From assembly GCA_951406725.2 (NCBI GenBank), contig OX597824.1, positions 93,248,001 through 93,312,000 of the forward strand: 64,000 nt of DNA, given 5' to 3'. Numbering within the stretch: the first letter of the stretch is position 1; each line of letters opens with the position of its first letter. The DNA comes from Octopus vulgaris. Its lineage: Eukaryota. Under the pieces are notes generated by a model. The model saw only the letters and a program-made list of their open reading frames with translations. It was not told the DNA's origin and searched no databases. Positions 27,209 through 40,335 of this stretch are shown one piece after another. The translations under genes and the position numbers were made by a program.

Positions 27209-27490
27209 TAACAACTTATCTGACTTATCTTTCTGTGATGGTACAGTATATACAAGGCAAAACTATCTTCGCATTTTATCAATCTTACCGAAGCTTTGTT
27301 CATATTTCGTTATTAGTCTTGTCTTTAGTTTGCGACAATGGCGTCGATAATTCGTTTGTCCGTTTATGAACATGACGCTTTGTATTCTGAATATATTTAT
27401 GCTACCAGTTGTTTTGTCGTGCCACTGGTTGCCTAGTAATATATATTATAGGAATGATCTTGTATTTGAATGATCACGTTAGTTTTCTAA
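27206..27490 (-). pseudogene. Possible decayed GIY-YIG endonuclease end of a Penelope-like element
   Basis: Broken frames give NIYY*ATS..YSEYKAS..KR..STPLS..CIYCTITE, loosely resembling the PLE pattern Y.NHK.SF..T.LS..CxLCxxEK; lies just upstream of the hammerhead cassette on the same strand. Confidence 0.3.
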
Positions 27491-27779
27491 TTCCTCCTGC
27501 GACTCCTTGCATTTTTATATATTTTAAGAATGCAAAACACGAAGTACTAATGAGGAATATGAAAAAGGCTTCATATAAGAGATGGCATTTGTGTATATGC
27601 GTCTATGTAATTATTTGGCAGCAAGGCCTAGTGGCTGTGTGGTAAGAATCTAAAGGATTCTACGCAGGCGACATATGAGAGTTTATGCGCTCTGTTACGC
27701 CATTGCAACTTCCGGAAAATACTCAAAACATACACATTATTATATGTATTTAATAATACTTATATGCATACACACACAT

Positions 27780-27831
<52 letters not shown>

Positions 27832-28146
27832 AACCTATAATCTTCTTTGTATATATACAGTTACATCTAAATAAACATGATTTTTTAATGAAATCCTAAT
27901 ATTTTCAATGAACTTTTTATTTTCCTTGTAAACTGTTTTAACATTTTTCTTATTATTAGCAAAGAATATATATATGTATTGTAATATTTTGTGACAACCA
28001 ATACTTAACACAACAAAGGTTTCACAAAGGTTTTACATTTTACTTTCGACAATGTTTTTGTAAAAAAGTGAAACCGGTCAAGTGAATAAACACCTTTTAA
28101 AATTGCATTTTCAAGCCTTCTTTACATACATACATACATACATGCA

Positions 28147-28213
<67 letters not shown>

Positions 28214-28876
28214 GTACATATATACATATATATATATATACATACATCCAAACATATGTGTGTGTGTGCGTGTGTGTGTGTGTGTATGTGCGTGTGTGTG
28301 TGTGTGTGTGCATGTGTGTCTATGTGTGTGAGTGTGTGTGTACCACTACTGTAAGTATTCTTCTGTTGGCTTTGTCACCAGAGAGGTAAACTCGAGTTCA
28401 CATGCGCGCAAAGTTCTGTGTTGTTTCATACGAATATTTGTTCGTGTTATTGAGGGTTAATTCATTTATCTTTTTTTTATATATTTTATTTTTCTGTTTG
28501 AAAAGAATTATGTGACAACTTGCTCTTTCGGACATTACCAGAATTATCCTGTCTCCGTAGTGCTAAACGGGTGAAGAATTATTTGCTGAAGTTAATGAGA
28601 TGCTTGTGGGAATTGAAAATATCTGTTAATACTTACATTAAAGAAAAATGAAACTAGTCACTCATTGTGTCGTAAACAGTAACACTGTAATTTTCCGACT
28701 ATCAATAGATATGTTGATTGAATTGTCTGTCGGTGTTATTGTTCCTCACACTTGCGTTAATGCTTTCTGTACATTCAGAGGCCCATGCGTCACATCTTAC
28801 AAACACACAAAGAAAACACACTGTGTTTGTCCCAGATACAAATTATTCATACCTTATATATAGCCCCCACCCATCA

Positions 28877-29218
28877 GTGAAGGCGCGTGGCTCAGTGGTT
28901 AGAGCGTCGAGCTTACGATCGTGAGGTTGTGAGTCCGATTCCCGGACCGGGGCTGCGTGTTGTGCTCTTGAGCAAGACACTTCATTTCACGTTGCTCCAG
29001 TTCACTCAGCTGTAGATATGAGTTGCGACATCACTGGTGCCAAGCTGTGTCGGCCCCTTTGCCTTTCCCTTGGATAACATCAGTGGTGTGGAGAGGGGAG
29101 GCTTGTATGCATGGGCGACTGCTAGCCTTCCATAAACGATCTTACCCGGATTTGTACATTGGATGGGTAACTTTCTAGGTGCAATCCCATGGTCATTCAT
29201 GACCCAAGGGGGTCTCCC
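28877..29218 (+). mobile_element. tRNA-SINE family B head/core with an alternative 3' tail
   Basis: A-box TGGCTCAGTGG; core TTGAGCAAGACACTTCATTTCACGTTGCTCCAG; 12-bp direct repeat ATATATAGCCCC at 28856-28867 and 29221-29232. Confidence 0.85.
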
Positions 29219-29234
29219 CCATATATAGCCCCTG

Positions 29235-29800
29235 ACTGCTGCCGATCTGACATTTTATATACGTCAAATAGAATGTTGCTGTCTCAACATATGTAGTCTA
29301 TACGCTTCCCCTTAATCGTTGATCTCACCTGCATAACTGTAGCAATATCTCCTGATTAATGGAACTTAAAATGTCCCTTCAACATACCTTTAAATTTATA
29401 TGAAGCTTCCACCGCTCTCCAATTTCCTCCATGGTCCATCAACCGCTTGAACAACGTACATCCGACACCGTAAACATACACATGAAGTCTCCCCTTTTTA
29501 AATTCCCCGTCCTTTATGTCTACGATAACTGCTACTCCTCTTGGCTCTTCCCTTCCGCCCCTAGTGGTGGTATTACCGCAGGAGCAGAACCCTTTTTCAT
29601 CTTTAACTCTCTACAAAAAATCATAATACCTATCTGTGACCTTCTAACACAGATAATCTCTTCCTCGCGTCCAAATGCATCCTCTACCGCACCTCCAATC
29701 TCATCATACGTAAGACTCTGCTCCCACCGTGGAATCTGTAAGACCCTTGGTTACCTCTCTAGTTGATTCTTCTGCCAAGCTCATCACTTCTCTCCATTAG
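29235..29800 (-). pseudogene. Decayed LINE apurinic-endonuclease (APE) domain
   Basis: Minus-strand motif remnants in order: RGVAVIV, GHFK (cf. GDFN), KRIDYI, MSDR (cf. SDH). Confidence 0.45.
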
Positions 29801-29980
29801 CTACAGCTGAGAAAATGACAAGCAGCATTTTCTTAAGCTTCTCCTTCCACGACTATGACAAAAGCAAATTACAGTAAACGGTTAACTCATAGACCTACAG
29901 CAGAAAAAATTAAACATACGTCTATAAACATCGCCCAACTCCTCAATATGCACAACTTCTATATTATACAGAAGATCAAA

Positions 29981-30192
29981 AGGCGGTGAGCTGGCAGAAC
30001 CGTTAGCACGTTGGACGTAATGCTTAGCAGTATTTCACCCGTCACTCTGTTCTGGATGCAAATTTCGCCAGGGTCGACTTTGCATTTCAACCTTTCGAGG
30101 TCGGTAAAATAGGTACTTGATACGCACTGGGGTCGATGTAATCGACTTACCCCTCTACACAAATTTCAGCCCTTGTGCCTATAGCAGAAAGG
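29981..30192 (+). mobile_element. tRNA-SINE family A, tail B
   Basis: 16-bp TSD ATTATA(C/T)AGAAGATCA at 29963-29978 and 30193-30208. Confidence 0.85.
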
Positions 30193-30859
30193 ATTATATA
30201 GAAGATCAGAATATTTCGATTTCCAGATCGGGCAGTTCGCGTAGTTCTTGAGAAAAATATTCCATTTCATGATGTTCCAGGCTACTCATTCGTAAATAAG
30301 GACTCCCGCGACTTTCTGGGGCTCGACCCTTCGGAAGCACATGTTAAATCCCACAAACACATTGAATCAATTTAAAACCTTGTCTCTGAGACTTTTATCT
30401 TTCCTTTAAAAATCGGCACGAACTTTCCGGACAACCCAGTAGTTAGCCACAGTAATATCAACCATGGTGAATGCGATTTGTGTGCGACAGTTTTTGTTGT
30501 TCCCTTGCAAGTAATTCCAGCAGAAAAGTGAGATAGAGCTTGAAAAAAGGAAGCAGAAACGATAAACCGTTTGATTAAAGGATTTAAAATATATCTCATA
30601 GAGATAAGACATTGGAATGGAATCGAAGGACATGGAGAAAACAATGGGGAATGATAAGCGGTTTTGTGGCACATTGATAGTTTATCAATCAAAATGATGA
30701 AAAGGGACATTGGATATAAAAGGTGACATTTAAAATAAAAGAGAACGAAATGAAATAAATTTAGAAAATTACAAAAATAAAATAGCTGAAAAGAGATCGT
30801 TTGACGAGACAAAAAATTGGTGGTGTGTCATATAGATATAAATATGGGAATATAGAAAA

Positions 30860-31770
30860 TATAGAAGGTGAGAGAAACATGATGGAAGAACGTAGGAAAG
30901 TAGAGAATAAGGAAGAAAAATGGAGGAAAAAATTAAGGGAAAGAGAGAAGATAAAATGAGTTTTAAGGGGTGGGGGAAGAAAATGAAGGAAGGGAGAAAA
31001 GAATGGAGAAAGAGAGAAGGGGTTTTGTAAAGTAAAGAAAAGCAACAAACGGAAATGGCTGTGAGGAAGAAATGGAGAGAGAAAGGAAGAAGAATGGAAA
31101 AACCGAAAATCAATGCTGTTGTGATAGAAAGAAAACCGAAGAATTGAAGGGAAAATAAAGGTGTGTTACAAAGGAAAGGGAAAACAGGGAAAGAAATATT
31201 GAAGGAAATACAAGAAGAAAAGAAATTATAAAAATCCGTAAGAATAAAAGCAGAGAGAGAGAGAAAAAAAGTGAGTGGGAGATAGAGTAAGTGAGAGAGA
31301 GAGACAGATAGACAGAGAAATAAAGAAAGACTAAGAGAGAGAGGAAGCAGACAGACAGAGAGATAGAGAGAGACTAAGAGAGAGAGAGAGAGAGAGAGAG
31401 GCAGACAGAGAGACAGACAGAGAGACAGATAGAGAAATAGAGAGAGACTAAGAAAGAGAGAAAGAGAGAGAGAGAGGCAGCCAGAGAGACAGACAGACAA
31501 ACAGATAGAGAAATAGAGAAAGACTAAGAGAGAAAGAGAAAGGGACAGACAGACAGAGAAATAGAGAGAGACTAAGAGAGAGAGAGAGAGACTAAGAGAA
31601 AGAGAGAGAGAGAGAGGCAGACAGACATACATACAGACAGACATACAGACAGAGAAATAGAGAGATACTAAGAGAGAAAGAGAGAGAGAGAGCCAGACAG
31701 ACAGACAGAGAAATAGTGAGATACTAAGAGACAGAGAGAGGCAGAGTAAAACAGAAAGTCTGACAGACAG
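30860..31770. repeat. Purine-rich tract ending in a compound (GA)n/(GACA)n minisatellite with recurring AGAAATAGAGAGAGACTAAGAG units
   Basis: GACTAAGAG/TACTAAGAG recurs about 8 times between 31329 and 31730. Confidence 0.85.
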
Positions 31771-32095
31771 AAAAATCGACAGAAAAATGTAAATAAAATA
31801 AAGGACGTTTGACTTGTAAATAGACACAGAAATGAACGCTAAACGAATATGTTTCACCTCGGCCAGTTATACAATGACCCTTCAAATAATATAAAATGTC
31901 AGAAGTCAAATAGTTTTAAAACAGTCGTGAATCCTCTATTTGATTATGAATACGGTTAAAAGGTATATTCCAAGATACACCTGTTCACACATACGCAAAT
32001 ACAGACTTGCGCCATGTTTTTTCACTCTACAGAGAAACAGGTACTTTCACCATCTTTGTTTGTCCACTTCGTACATTTACATATAACACATCATG

Positions 32096-32415
32096 TGAGG
32101 GCACGTGGCTTAGTGGTTAGGGTATTCGGCTCACGATTGTAAGGTCGTGAGTTCAGTTCCCGGCGACGCGTTGTGTACTTGAGCAAGACACTTTATGTCC
32201 CGTTCCACCAGTCCATTCAGCTGGCAAAAATGAGTAGCACTTGTATTACAAAGGGGCCAGCCGTGTCACACCCTATGTCACGATGAATCTCCCTCAGAAC
32301 TACGTTAAGGGTACCCATGCCTGGTGAGTGCTAGGCTACTTGCACGTTAATTTCACGAGGAAGCTGTTCCGTTGATCGTATCAGCCGGGACCCTCGTCGT
32401 CGTAACCGACGTAAC
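32096..32415 (+). mobile_element. tRNA-SINE family B head/core with a third tail type (tail fragment also at 43667-43727)
   Basis: TGGCTTAGTGGTTAGG, TTGAGCAAGACACTTTA; tail CTGTTCCGTTGATCG.ATCA..GGA.CCCTCGTCGTCGT. Confidence 0.8.
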
Positions 32416-32772
32416 ACATCATACCTCGATTCTGCTCCGACTGAAATCCACGTCGACAGACCTCTGCTATTGAATAAAAACTTAAGCACTTGTAATATGC
32501 AAATTAATAGCTCCAGTTCCTGGTAACTAGCAAATCTCATGAATATACAAACAGAATTGCTACCCGCGGCACTACGCTTTGGTCAAGACAGTTTAAATTT
32601 TCTTTTTTAAATCTACAGAGGAATGTTTCTAAGTCTGTTATGTTGATGTACACACACTCGTGCATGGGTGTGTGTGTGAACGTGTGTGTGTGAGTGTACG
32701 CGTGTGCTGTATGTGTGTCAGTGAATTGTACGAATATCTAAAGCTTAGGAACTTTGACCTTACACACACACT

Positions 32773-32805
<33 letters not shown>

Positions 32806-32846
32806 GATAATGAAGGAACTTGTTGTATAGTGCTCAGGTGCAATAG

Positions 32847-32918
<72 letters not shown>

Positions 32919-33884
32919 CAGAAAGACAGATAGATATAGATTTAAATATATGCATGGATATATATATGTGTGTATGTGTGTTTGTATACATGTATGCATG
33001 CATATGTGTATTTATGTTCTTATATATTTACATAGAGAGACAGGTAGTCCGACAGACCGACAGAGACTGACATACATAAATATATGTACATGCGTGTGTG
33101 TGTGTAAACATATATATAATGCTTGTAAATGCATAAAGTTATGTACGTATATTAGTGAATTATTATTGTTTCGTTTGGCAGATTATTGTAATCGTTTTTT
33201 AGATCTCCGACTGTAGTTGTGCGTGTGTGCTTGTGTCTGTGTCTGTCTGTCTGACGCGAGTCTTATTTAGAACTGATGGTGTGTGGATGTGAAATTTTGA
33301 CGATGTGCAGTTGTTAGTGTTTTCGAATTTGCCCCGTTGTTTGGCAGTGTGTTTGTGTGAATGTGTGGGAGTTTGGTTGTTTGTTTTAACATTTGGTTGC
33401 GTGTATCTCTGCTTGTGTGCCTCAGAGATAGAGAGAGAGAAGGAGAGAGAGAGCATGTTTTGTTCAGTGAGCAGTTGTCTGGATGATTACTTCTTTGTGT
33501 GATTGCTTAGCGGTACCGTCGCGTTAATAAGGAGATGTTTGATCGTATAGTAATGTAAAGCTTTCCGCGTTTAGCTGTGCAAAAATATGGGTGTGTTGGG
33601 TGTGTTGAATAGAACAATGCTGGTTTGTGAAATTGTTAATTTGCCAGGTTGTAGCTTCGTTATTTTGAATTAAGTTATGGGTGTCTGATTGAGAAGATAA
33701 AGTGTGAGAAATCGAACACCTAACATCTGTTATCGGAAACGGGTGGAGGCGGTTGAAACGAAATTATAAACAGTAAAGATTTCCAATGGTTATGTTTTGT
33801 TATCCACCAACAAGTGTGTGCGTGTGTGCTTGCAGGTCGTGTTGAAGGGTGGATGTAACCTAAATTAAATAAACACCTAGGTTA

Positions 33885-34265
33885 AGGAATGGCCGAGTGG
33901 TTAAGCAGTTCGCTTTGCAACCACACGGTTTTAGCTTCAGTCTACGGAGTGGTACCTTGGGTAGATAGTCCCACACTAAATCCCCCATTTGATCAATGGC
34001 TTGTTTGGGAGTGAATTTCGTGCACGGAAATTGTGTTGGTAGTAAATAATCACGATTTTGAAACGCGTTTAATGCAGTTTTGAGCAATCGATCACTGCAT
34101 AGGCGCAGTTGTGGTTGTATGGTGGCAGGTTTGCTTCCGGGTTCAATCCCACCGTGTGACACCTTCGGCAAGTGTTTCGACTATAAGGTTAGGACCGACC
34201 AAGGGCTTGCGAGTGGAACATATATATATATATATGTATGTCTGTATGTATGTATGCATGTATGC

Positions 34266-34317
<52 letters not shown>

Positions 34318-34352
34318 ATGTATGTATGTATGTATGTATGTATGCATGTATG

Positions 34353-34408
<56 letters not shown>

Positions 34409-34609
34409 TAATCCAAACATGAAAACACAAAGAGAAAAGACAACAACGCGAGGACGTGGAACAAGTATAGTATTACTGGACGCTCAGGAAAGAAGGAAAG
34501 AAGGAGGGTTTAACGTTTCGAGCGGAGCTTTTCGTCAGAAACATAGAAAAAGGAAAGATCCAAAGAAGGGAAGACGGAGGAAAAAAGTCGCCAACGGTAC
34601 ACATGCGGT

Positions 34610-34651
<42 letters not shown>

Positions 34652-34755
34652 GACGTCTACCAAATCCACTCACAAGGTTCCGAGGTGTCACGCAATGGGA
34701 CTGAACTCGGAGCTATGTGGTTGTGAAGCAAGCTTCTTACCACAAAGCCACGCCT
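33885..34755. mobile_element. Nested family C SINE heads (+33885-34035, +34100-34220, -34650-34755) around microsatellites and a hammerhead cassette
   Basis: Heads with ACCTT(G/C)GG.AAGTGT and ACCAAATCCACTCACAAGG motifs. Confidence 0.7.
34508..34542 (-). ncRNA. Type I minimal hammerhead ribozyme within a ~210-bp cassette (34405-34616) in (TA)n
   Basis: GTTT-CTGACGA-AAAGCTCCGCTC-GA-AACGTT-AAAC: canonical core, stem I GTTT/AAAC, palindromic AACGTT stem III, one mismatch at the base of stem II. Confidence 0.8.
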
Positions 34756-35239
34756 AAAATTTCATAATTATTTCGCAAATAAAATGTTCAAATGAGTTGC
34801 ACATATTTTATCGGCGTCGTTCAGACACATTTATTATAAGTATTTGTTATGCTTTTATAATTAGATACTTCAAATTTATTTCTTAGGGACCTGTTAAGAC
34901 AAATGCGCAATCAAGTAATCATTTAAATGATGGTTTGCAGACTCGGTTAACTAATGTGGTTCATGGTTTAACTAATAGCCAGGTACAAAATGTTTTTCTG
35001 AAATATGAAAATATCCATCAGAGTGTGTATAAATAATGGAAGTGGACATTTTGAAAATTAGAAATCTCATGAATAAATCTTAAAACGTTATAAATAAATC
35101 TTTCCCTTATCTTTTTCTAAGATTAATTTTATCATACATACACAGATCTAATGTTATAGAAATTTACAATTCCTATATAGACAACTTGTGAATACCTGTC
35201 TGTGTGACCACGTGTGTGAATGGACAAACAGACAAAGAA

Positions 35240-35522
<283 letters not shown>

Positions 35523-35947
35523 TGTTTCTTTATTAGCCACACAGGGCTGCACACAGAGAGGACAAATTACAAGGTAGTGCTTTTCTTTTGGGGGGTAAAA
35601 AAAAGGGGGTTTGGTTTTCGATCAAAAGGGATCGTAAAGGGAAAGAAAGAGGACAAAAAAAGGGGGGAATAATTTTTTTTTAAAAAGGGGGGGAAGGGAA
35701 AGGAAAAAAAATAGATAGATAGATAGATTTCTTGAATGTTGCTGTCTTCGTTGAGTCGTCTTCGACCTTGTAAATATTCTCCATTGTAATGTTTATTGTT
35801 TCAATGATATTTGCTATCACTGGAACAGTTCAAAGGTTTGTCCCGCGGCATTAAATTCCCTTGATTGTAAATGTGAAAACACTACGCTGCATGTGGTCTC
35901 TATTTGATGAGATCTGTTCTCTACCATCCTGAAACATAATACTTTCC

Positions 35948-36011
<64 letters not shown>

Positions 36012-36264
36012 TACTAATATAGAATGAAGTTTTTTACAGAAAAAAAATTCATCAAAAAATTGGCAGCATATTAAAATACCTTTAAAGGCTAAAATTATAA
36101 ACAACTTATAAACAAGGGAAAACGTAAATTATTTCTATGGCAATATGCTGATAACAGACTTTTAAATCGTTAATTTCCACATATTATTATATACCGACTA
36201 CAGAAATACGTTGTGCTAAAATCGAGGAAAGCTAGCCAGCAGAACTTTTTTAAAAACTTCGTTA

Positions 36265-36326
36265 TTTCTATATTGAATCAATTTCGAAATTAATCTCATA
36301 ACAGATTTCTTCCTCGTCAGTAGAAA
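36265..36326 (-). ncRNA. Type I hammerhead ribozyme, core intact
   Basis: TTTCTA-CTGACGA-GGA[..AATCT GTTATG AGATT..]TTC-GAA-ATTGA-T-TCAAT-A-TAGAAA; 6-bp stem I, 5-bp stem III, AUA triplet. Confidence 0.8.
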
Positions 36327-36455
36327 ATACGAATAGAAATAAATGAAATACTTATATTTAGATATATCTGGTGTACTTATAGGTACTCCTGACTTTTGCT
36401 TCGGGTTTTGTTTTCCATGGGCGCATGTAAGTATTTCATTTATTTCTATTCGTGT

Positions 36456-36517
36456 TTTCTACTGACGAGGATAAAATATGTTATGAGTTTAATTCCGAAA
36501 TTGATTCAATACAGAAA
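36456..36517 (+). ncRNA. Type I hammerhead ribozyme, core intact (inverted partner)
   Basis: TTTCTA-CTGACGA(36462-36468)-GGA..TCC-GAAATTGATTCAATA-CAGAAA; predicted cleavage after 36511. Confidence 0.75.
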
Positions 36518-36651
36518 TAACAAACTTTTTTTTAAAAATTCTATTGGTTAGCTTTCCTCGATTTCAGCACAACGTATTTCTGTAGTAGGTATATAATGTG
36601 GAAATTGACGATTTAAAAGTCTGTTATCAGCATATTGGCATATATATATAT

Positions 36652-36695
<44 letters not shown>

Positions 36696-37486
36696 ATAGA
36701 TAGCTAGATAGATAGATAGGTATCATATAGCCCTGTATTTTAAATTGATTCAATGATTGCATTGTTTAATTAAATGGAGCCGCTTGTAACGGTCGTACCG
36801 CATCACCGCTGGATATCCTGTTACTTATTTTGATTTTATTCTCCTTATTTTGAAGTTGCACGGATAATACCGCATTAATTTTTGGTGCCTCAACTTAATT
36901 ACCTAAATTCATAGCCTCTCCACCGTTGCTGTTGTTGTTACCGTTACTCTTGTCGTTGATGCTGCTGCTGCTGCTGCAGTGGCTGTTACTGTATTTGTTG
37001 TTGTGGTTGTTATGCAGAATCGTTAGGACGACGGTAAAAGTACTTTGCAGTATTTCGAGTTCAAATCCCGCCGACGTCTCATTCGCAATTTAACCCTACA
37101 AATTCGTTAAAATTCAATACCTGTTAAATACTGGACACATTCAATCAATTATTGTCCCTCCCCTCAAAATGTTTGGCTCCGTGCCGAAATGAGAAACAAA
37201 TATTATTCTTGACCTTCGTGTTGCTAATATACAGAATTATTTAAACTTATTTTGATATTGTTTCTATTGTTATTGGTGTCGGTAGCGGTGACGGTTGCGG
37301 CAGCGGCAGTGGCGGCGGCGACGGTGGTACTTTATCTACCGTTAACGAAGCGTAAAAATCTCAAAGCATTCATCGATAAATATAAAAGGGAAAATAAAAT
37401 GTAGTCCTCCATTACGAAAAGGGAACAGCTGGCCGTGATCAATTGCATATTCTCACAGATCCCACTTCAACCTTACAGTTACTACC

Positions 37487-37585
<99 letters not shown>

Positions 37586-37619
37586 TTTAGTAGTAGTTCA
37601 TTGGCTTCAGTGCATTGAT

Positions 37620-38018
37620 TTTTTTACTCTATGCATAAGGCCCGAAATTTTGGGGCGAGGCAGCCAGTCGATTAGATCGACCTCAGTACGCAACTGGTAC
37701 TAAATTTATCGACCCCAAAAGGATAAAAGGCAAATCGACCTCGTTCGACGGAAATTGAACTCAGAACGTAGACAGACGAAATACCTATTTCTTTACTACC
37801 CTCAAGGGGCTAAACACAGAGAATACAAACAAAGACAGACAAACAGATTAAGTCGATTATATCGACACCAGTGCGTAACTGGTACTTAATTAATCGACCC
37901 CAAAAGGATGAAAGGCAAAGTCGACCTCGGCGGAATTTGAACTCAGAATGTAACGGCAGCCGAAATACTGCTAAGCATTTCGTCCGGCTTGCTAACGTTT
38001 CTGCCAGCTCGCCGCCTT
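37620..38018 (-). mobile_element. Dimeric family A SINE, with a decayed (+) copy head-to-head at 38046-38210
   Basis: Two cores joined by the same junction AAAGAAATAGGTATTTCG. Confidence 0.9.
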
Positions 38019-38464
38019 ACTAACCTAGATACTAATGTTACTATAGCGGCGAGGTGGCAGAACCGTTAGCGCGTCGGACAACATGCCTTGTGGTATTTCG
38101 TCCTTCTTTACGTTCTGAGTTCAAATTCCGCAAAGTTCGACTTTGCGCAACGCACTTCGAGATCGATAAAATAAGTATTAGGTGAACACTAGTGTCGAGG
38201 GTATCGACAACCCCACCACGACCGCCACCACCTCAACCAATTTTATACCTTGTGTCTACAGTACAAAGTATTATTGCTATCACCTTCGCGAATCTACAAT
38301 TGTACTAATACAATCAACAATAGATGCAACTATTTCGAATGCTACCGTTGCTACTGCTGCTGCCACTGCTGCTGCCACTGCTGCTGCTACTACTACTTCT
38401 ACTATTACTACGAATACTACTTTTTCTACAACGGCAGCAACTATTAATATTTCTACAACTGTTT

Positions 38465-39140
38465 TTGTTTATGTAAGTATGTATGTGTGTGCATGTGTGT
38501 GTGCGCATATATGTATGAGTATGTATGTATGTGTGCATGTATGTGTGTATGTATGTGTGTATGTGTGTATGTGTGTATGTGTGTATGTGTGTGTGCAATT
38601 ATGTATATATGTGTGTATGTGTGTATGTATGTATGTGGGTGTATGTATGTATGTATTTATGTATATATGTATGTGTGTATGTATGTATGTGTGTATGTAT
38701 GTATGTATGTATGTATGTATGTATGTGTGTATGTATGTGTGTGCATGTGTGTGTATGTATGCATGTGTGTGCATTTATGTATGTATGTATGTATGTATGT
38801 ATGTATGTGTGTATGTATGTGTCTATGTATGAATGTATTATGTATGTATGTGTGTATGTATGTGTGTATGTATGTATGTATGTGTGTATGTATGTATGTA
38901 TGTATGTATGTATGTTTGTGTGTGTGTGTATGTATGTATGTATGTATGTTTGTGTGTGTGCGCGTGTATGTCTGTATGTGTGTGTGTATTTGTGTCTTTG
39001 TTTTGTCTGACTGCTTGAAAACCTATGCTGATATTTTTACGTCTCGGTAAACTAGCGGATCGGCAAAAGAGAACGATAAAAAAGGAAGCAAGCTTAAAAA
39101 ATCGAAAATGAGTCCTCGGGTCGATTTCTTGCACTAAATC
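38465..39140. repeat. ~530-bp (TATG)n/(TG)n array followed by the 3' half of a family C SINE (38990-39140)
   Basis: Direct inspection; AGCGGATCGGCAAAAGAGAACGATA. Confidence 0.9.
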
Positions 39141-39469
39141 GAAATTGTGGGTGTCCTAATATAGCTGCACCCCCACTGGCTGAAACTCGTATAAGATAAA
39201 ATGAAGAATACGACACTGGGGCGGGAAGTGAGGCACAGACACACAGACAGAATGATTGAACGAAAGGGATAGATAGAAAGAGAGAGAGGAATTAAGATGG
39301 ATACAGAGAGGTGGGGATGATTGAAAGTTGGTTACATCTGTCTCATCTGCTTTAAATTCGTCGAATCTAATCAACAGGACATCTCCCCCAAAATTTCGCG
39401 CCTTGTGCCTCGTGGAAAAATAAGAATCGAAAGCACGCCGGATAAATTGTTTAGCGGTATTTCGTTCGT

Positions 39470-39872
39470 AGGCGGCGAGCTGGCAGAAACTTTAGCACGC
39501 CGGGCGAAATGCTTAGCGGTATTTCATCTGCCGTTACGTTGTGAGTTCAAATTCCGCCGAGGCCGACTTTACTTTTCATCCTTTCGGGGTCGATAAATTA
39601 AGTACCAGTTACGCACTGGGGTCGATATAATCGACTTAATCCATTTGTCTGTCCTTGTCTGTCCCCTCTGTGTATAGCCCCTTGTGGGTAGTAAAGAAAT
39701 AGGTATTTCGGCTATCTTTATATTCTGAGTTCAAATTCCGCCGAGGTCTACTTTGCCTTTTATCCTTTAGGGGTCGATAAATTAAGTACCAGTTGCGTAG
39801 TGGGGTCGATCTAATCAATTGGACACCTCCCGCAAAACATTTCAGGTCTTGTACATATAGTAGAAAGGATTA
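39470..39872 (+). mobile_element. Dimeric family A SINE
   Basis: Head GGCGGCGAGCTGGCAGAAAC, tail A, junction AAAGAAATAGGTATTTCG at ~39693-39710, second core, tail B. Confidence 0.9.
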
Positions 39873-40104
39873 TTATTGGCAGTATTTTTATCCGAAATTA
39901 GATGGGAGAGTTTCGATCCCCGTACAGGTGCTTTATTTATTTACGAGACCCGTAAAAATGCATGTTAAGTTCACCTAGACAGGATTTGAACTCAGAACGT
40001 CGAGTGCCGAAAGGAATACAGAAAAAGACATTCATTGAGAGACACGAAATATTCTTAAATTTGTCACCTGATATCTTGGACTAATTAGTCGAATGTGTCA
40101 TACC

Positions 40105-40335
40105 TATTTCTTTATTAACCACAAGGGGCTAAACACAGAGGGGGCAAACAAGGACAGACATAGGTATTAAGTCGATTACATCGACCCCAGTGCGTAACTG
40201 GTACTTAATTTATCGACCCCGAAAGGATGAAAGGCAAAGTCGACCTCGGCGGAATTAGAACTCACAACGTAACGCAAACGAAATACCGCTAAGCATTTCG
40301 CCCGGCGTGCTAAAGTTTCTGTCAGCTCGCCGCCT
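40105..40335 (-). mobile_element. Young family A SINE monomer
   Basis: Perfect 16-bp TSD TCGAATGTGTCATACC at 40089-40104 and 40336-40351. Confidence 0.92.

Larger units (their letters stand above)
36011..36642. mobile_element. Large fold-back cassette between (TA)n tracts with two divergent hammerheads
   Basis: ~215-bp inverted arms 36136-36354 / 36428-36642, ~73-bp spacer. Confidence 0.85.

Noticed and set aside
28877-28950. tRNA gene candidates (also 200-273, 7764-7835, 8410-8470, 32096-32165, 50504-50575)
   Set aside because: They have A/B boxes but no complete cloverleaf, and each continues into a repeat body; they are SINE heads.
30769-31857. Longest ORF (362 aa, L/S/F-rich, superficially membrane-like)
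   Set aside because: It is the pyrimidine strand of the (GA)n tract; low complexity, no recognisable domain.
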